A stretch of DNA of 47,317 bases from Sphingomicrobium sp. (GTDB lineage: Bacteria; Pseudomonadota; Alphaproteobacteria; Sphingomonadales; Sphingomonadaceae): positions 1 through 47,317 of the forward strand of contig DASSFK010000071.1 of the NCBI GenBank assembly GCA_035694565.1, given 5' to 3'. The notes beneath the pieces are model-generated. The model did not search any database. It was not told the origin of the DNA and saw only the letters and a list, made by a program, of their open reading frames with translations. How positions within the stretch are numbered: the first letter of the stretch is position 1; each line of letters starts with the position of its first letter. The position numbers and the translations under genes are program-made. Shown piece after piece: positions 47,220 through 47,317 of this stretch.

Positions 47220-47317
47220 ATGCACCAGTTCGAGCTCACCGAGGACCAGCTCCAGATCCAGGAGATGGCGCGCAAGTTCACTGCGGACGCGATTACGCCC
47301 AACGCGGCCGAGTGGGA
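47220..47317 (+). CDS. Acyl-CoA dehydrogenase, N-terminal fragment (3'-truncated by window)
   Basis: MHQFELTEDQLQIQEMARKFTADAITPNAAEW is a typical ACAD N-terminus. Confidence 0.85.
   Translation, partial: MHQFELTEDQLQIQEMARKFTADAITPNAAEW

Overview
High-GC alphaproteobacterial DNA, probably a sphingomonad (inferred from the style of the flanking DsbA and acyl-CoA dehydrogenase genes). There are four blocks. (1) 1-2200: the end of an MFS transporter, a DsbA-like lipoprotein and a cupin gene, separated by ~30-bp imperfect palindromes. (2) 2283-13909: a tightly packed 8-gene minus-strand operon encoding a 4TM protein, an amidase/PG-binding/GH19 cell-wall hydrolase, a ClpN-like+KAP NTPase, an unknown protein with a hydrophobic hairpin, a subtilase, an alpha/beta hydrolase, a TM-anchored gasdermin-like domain fused to a Zn-metalloprotease, and an S1/P1 nuclease. 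This is the best candidate for an undescribed protease-gated conflict/defence system. (3) 14138-45829: a ~31.7 kb island integrated at the 3' end of tRNA-Arg(TCT) and bounded by an att direct repeat. It carries a LuxR-type regulator, an apparently complete extracellular contractile injection system (eCIS) with a 2675-aa DUF4157 protein, and a broken large serine integrase whose alternative C-terminus is encoded at the far att site. (4) 45819-47317: tRNA-Arg, two secreted proteins and the start of an acyl-CoA dehydrogenase. All family calls come from motif recognition by eye; no searches were run.
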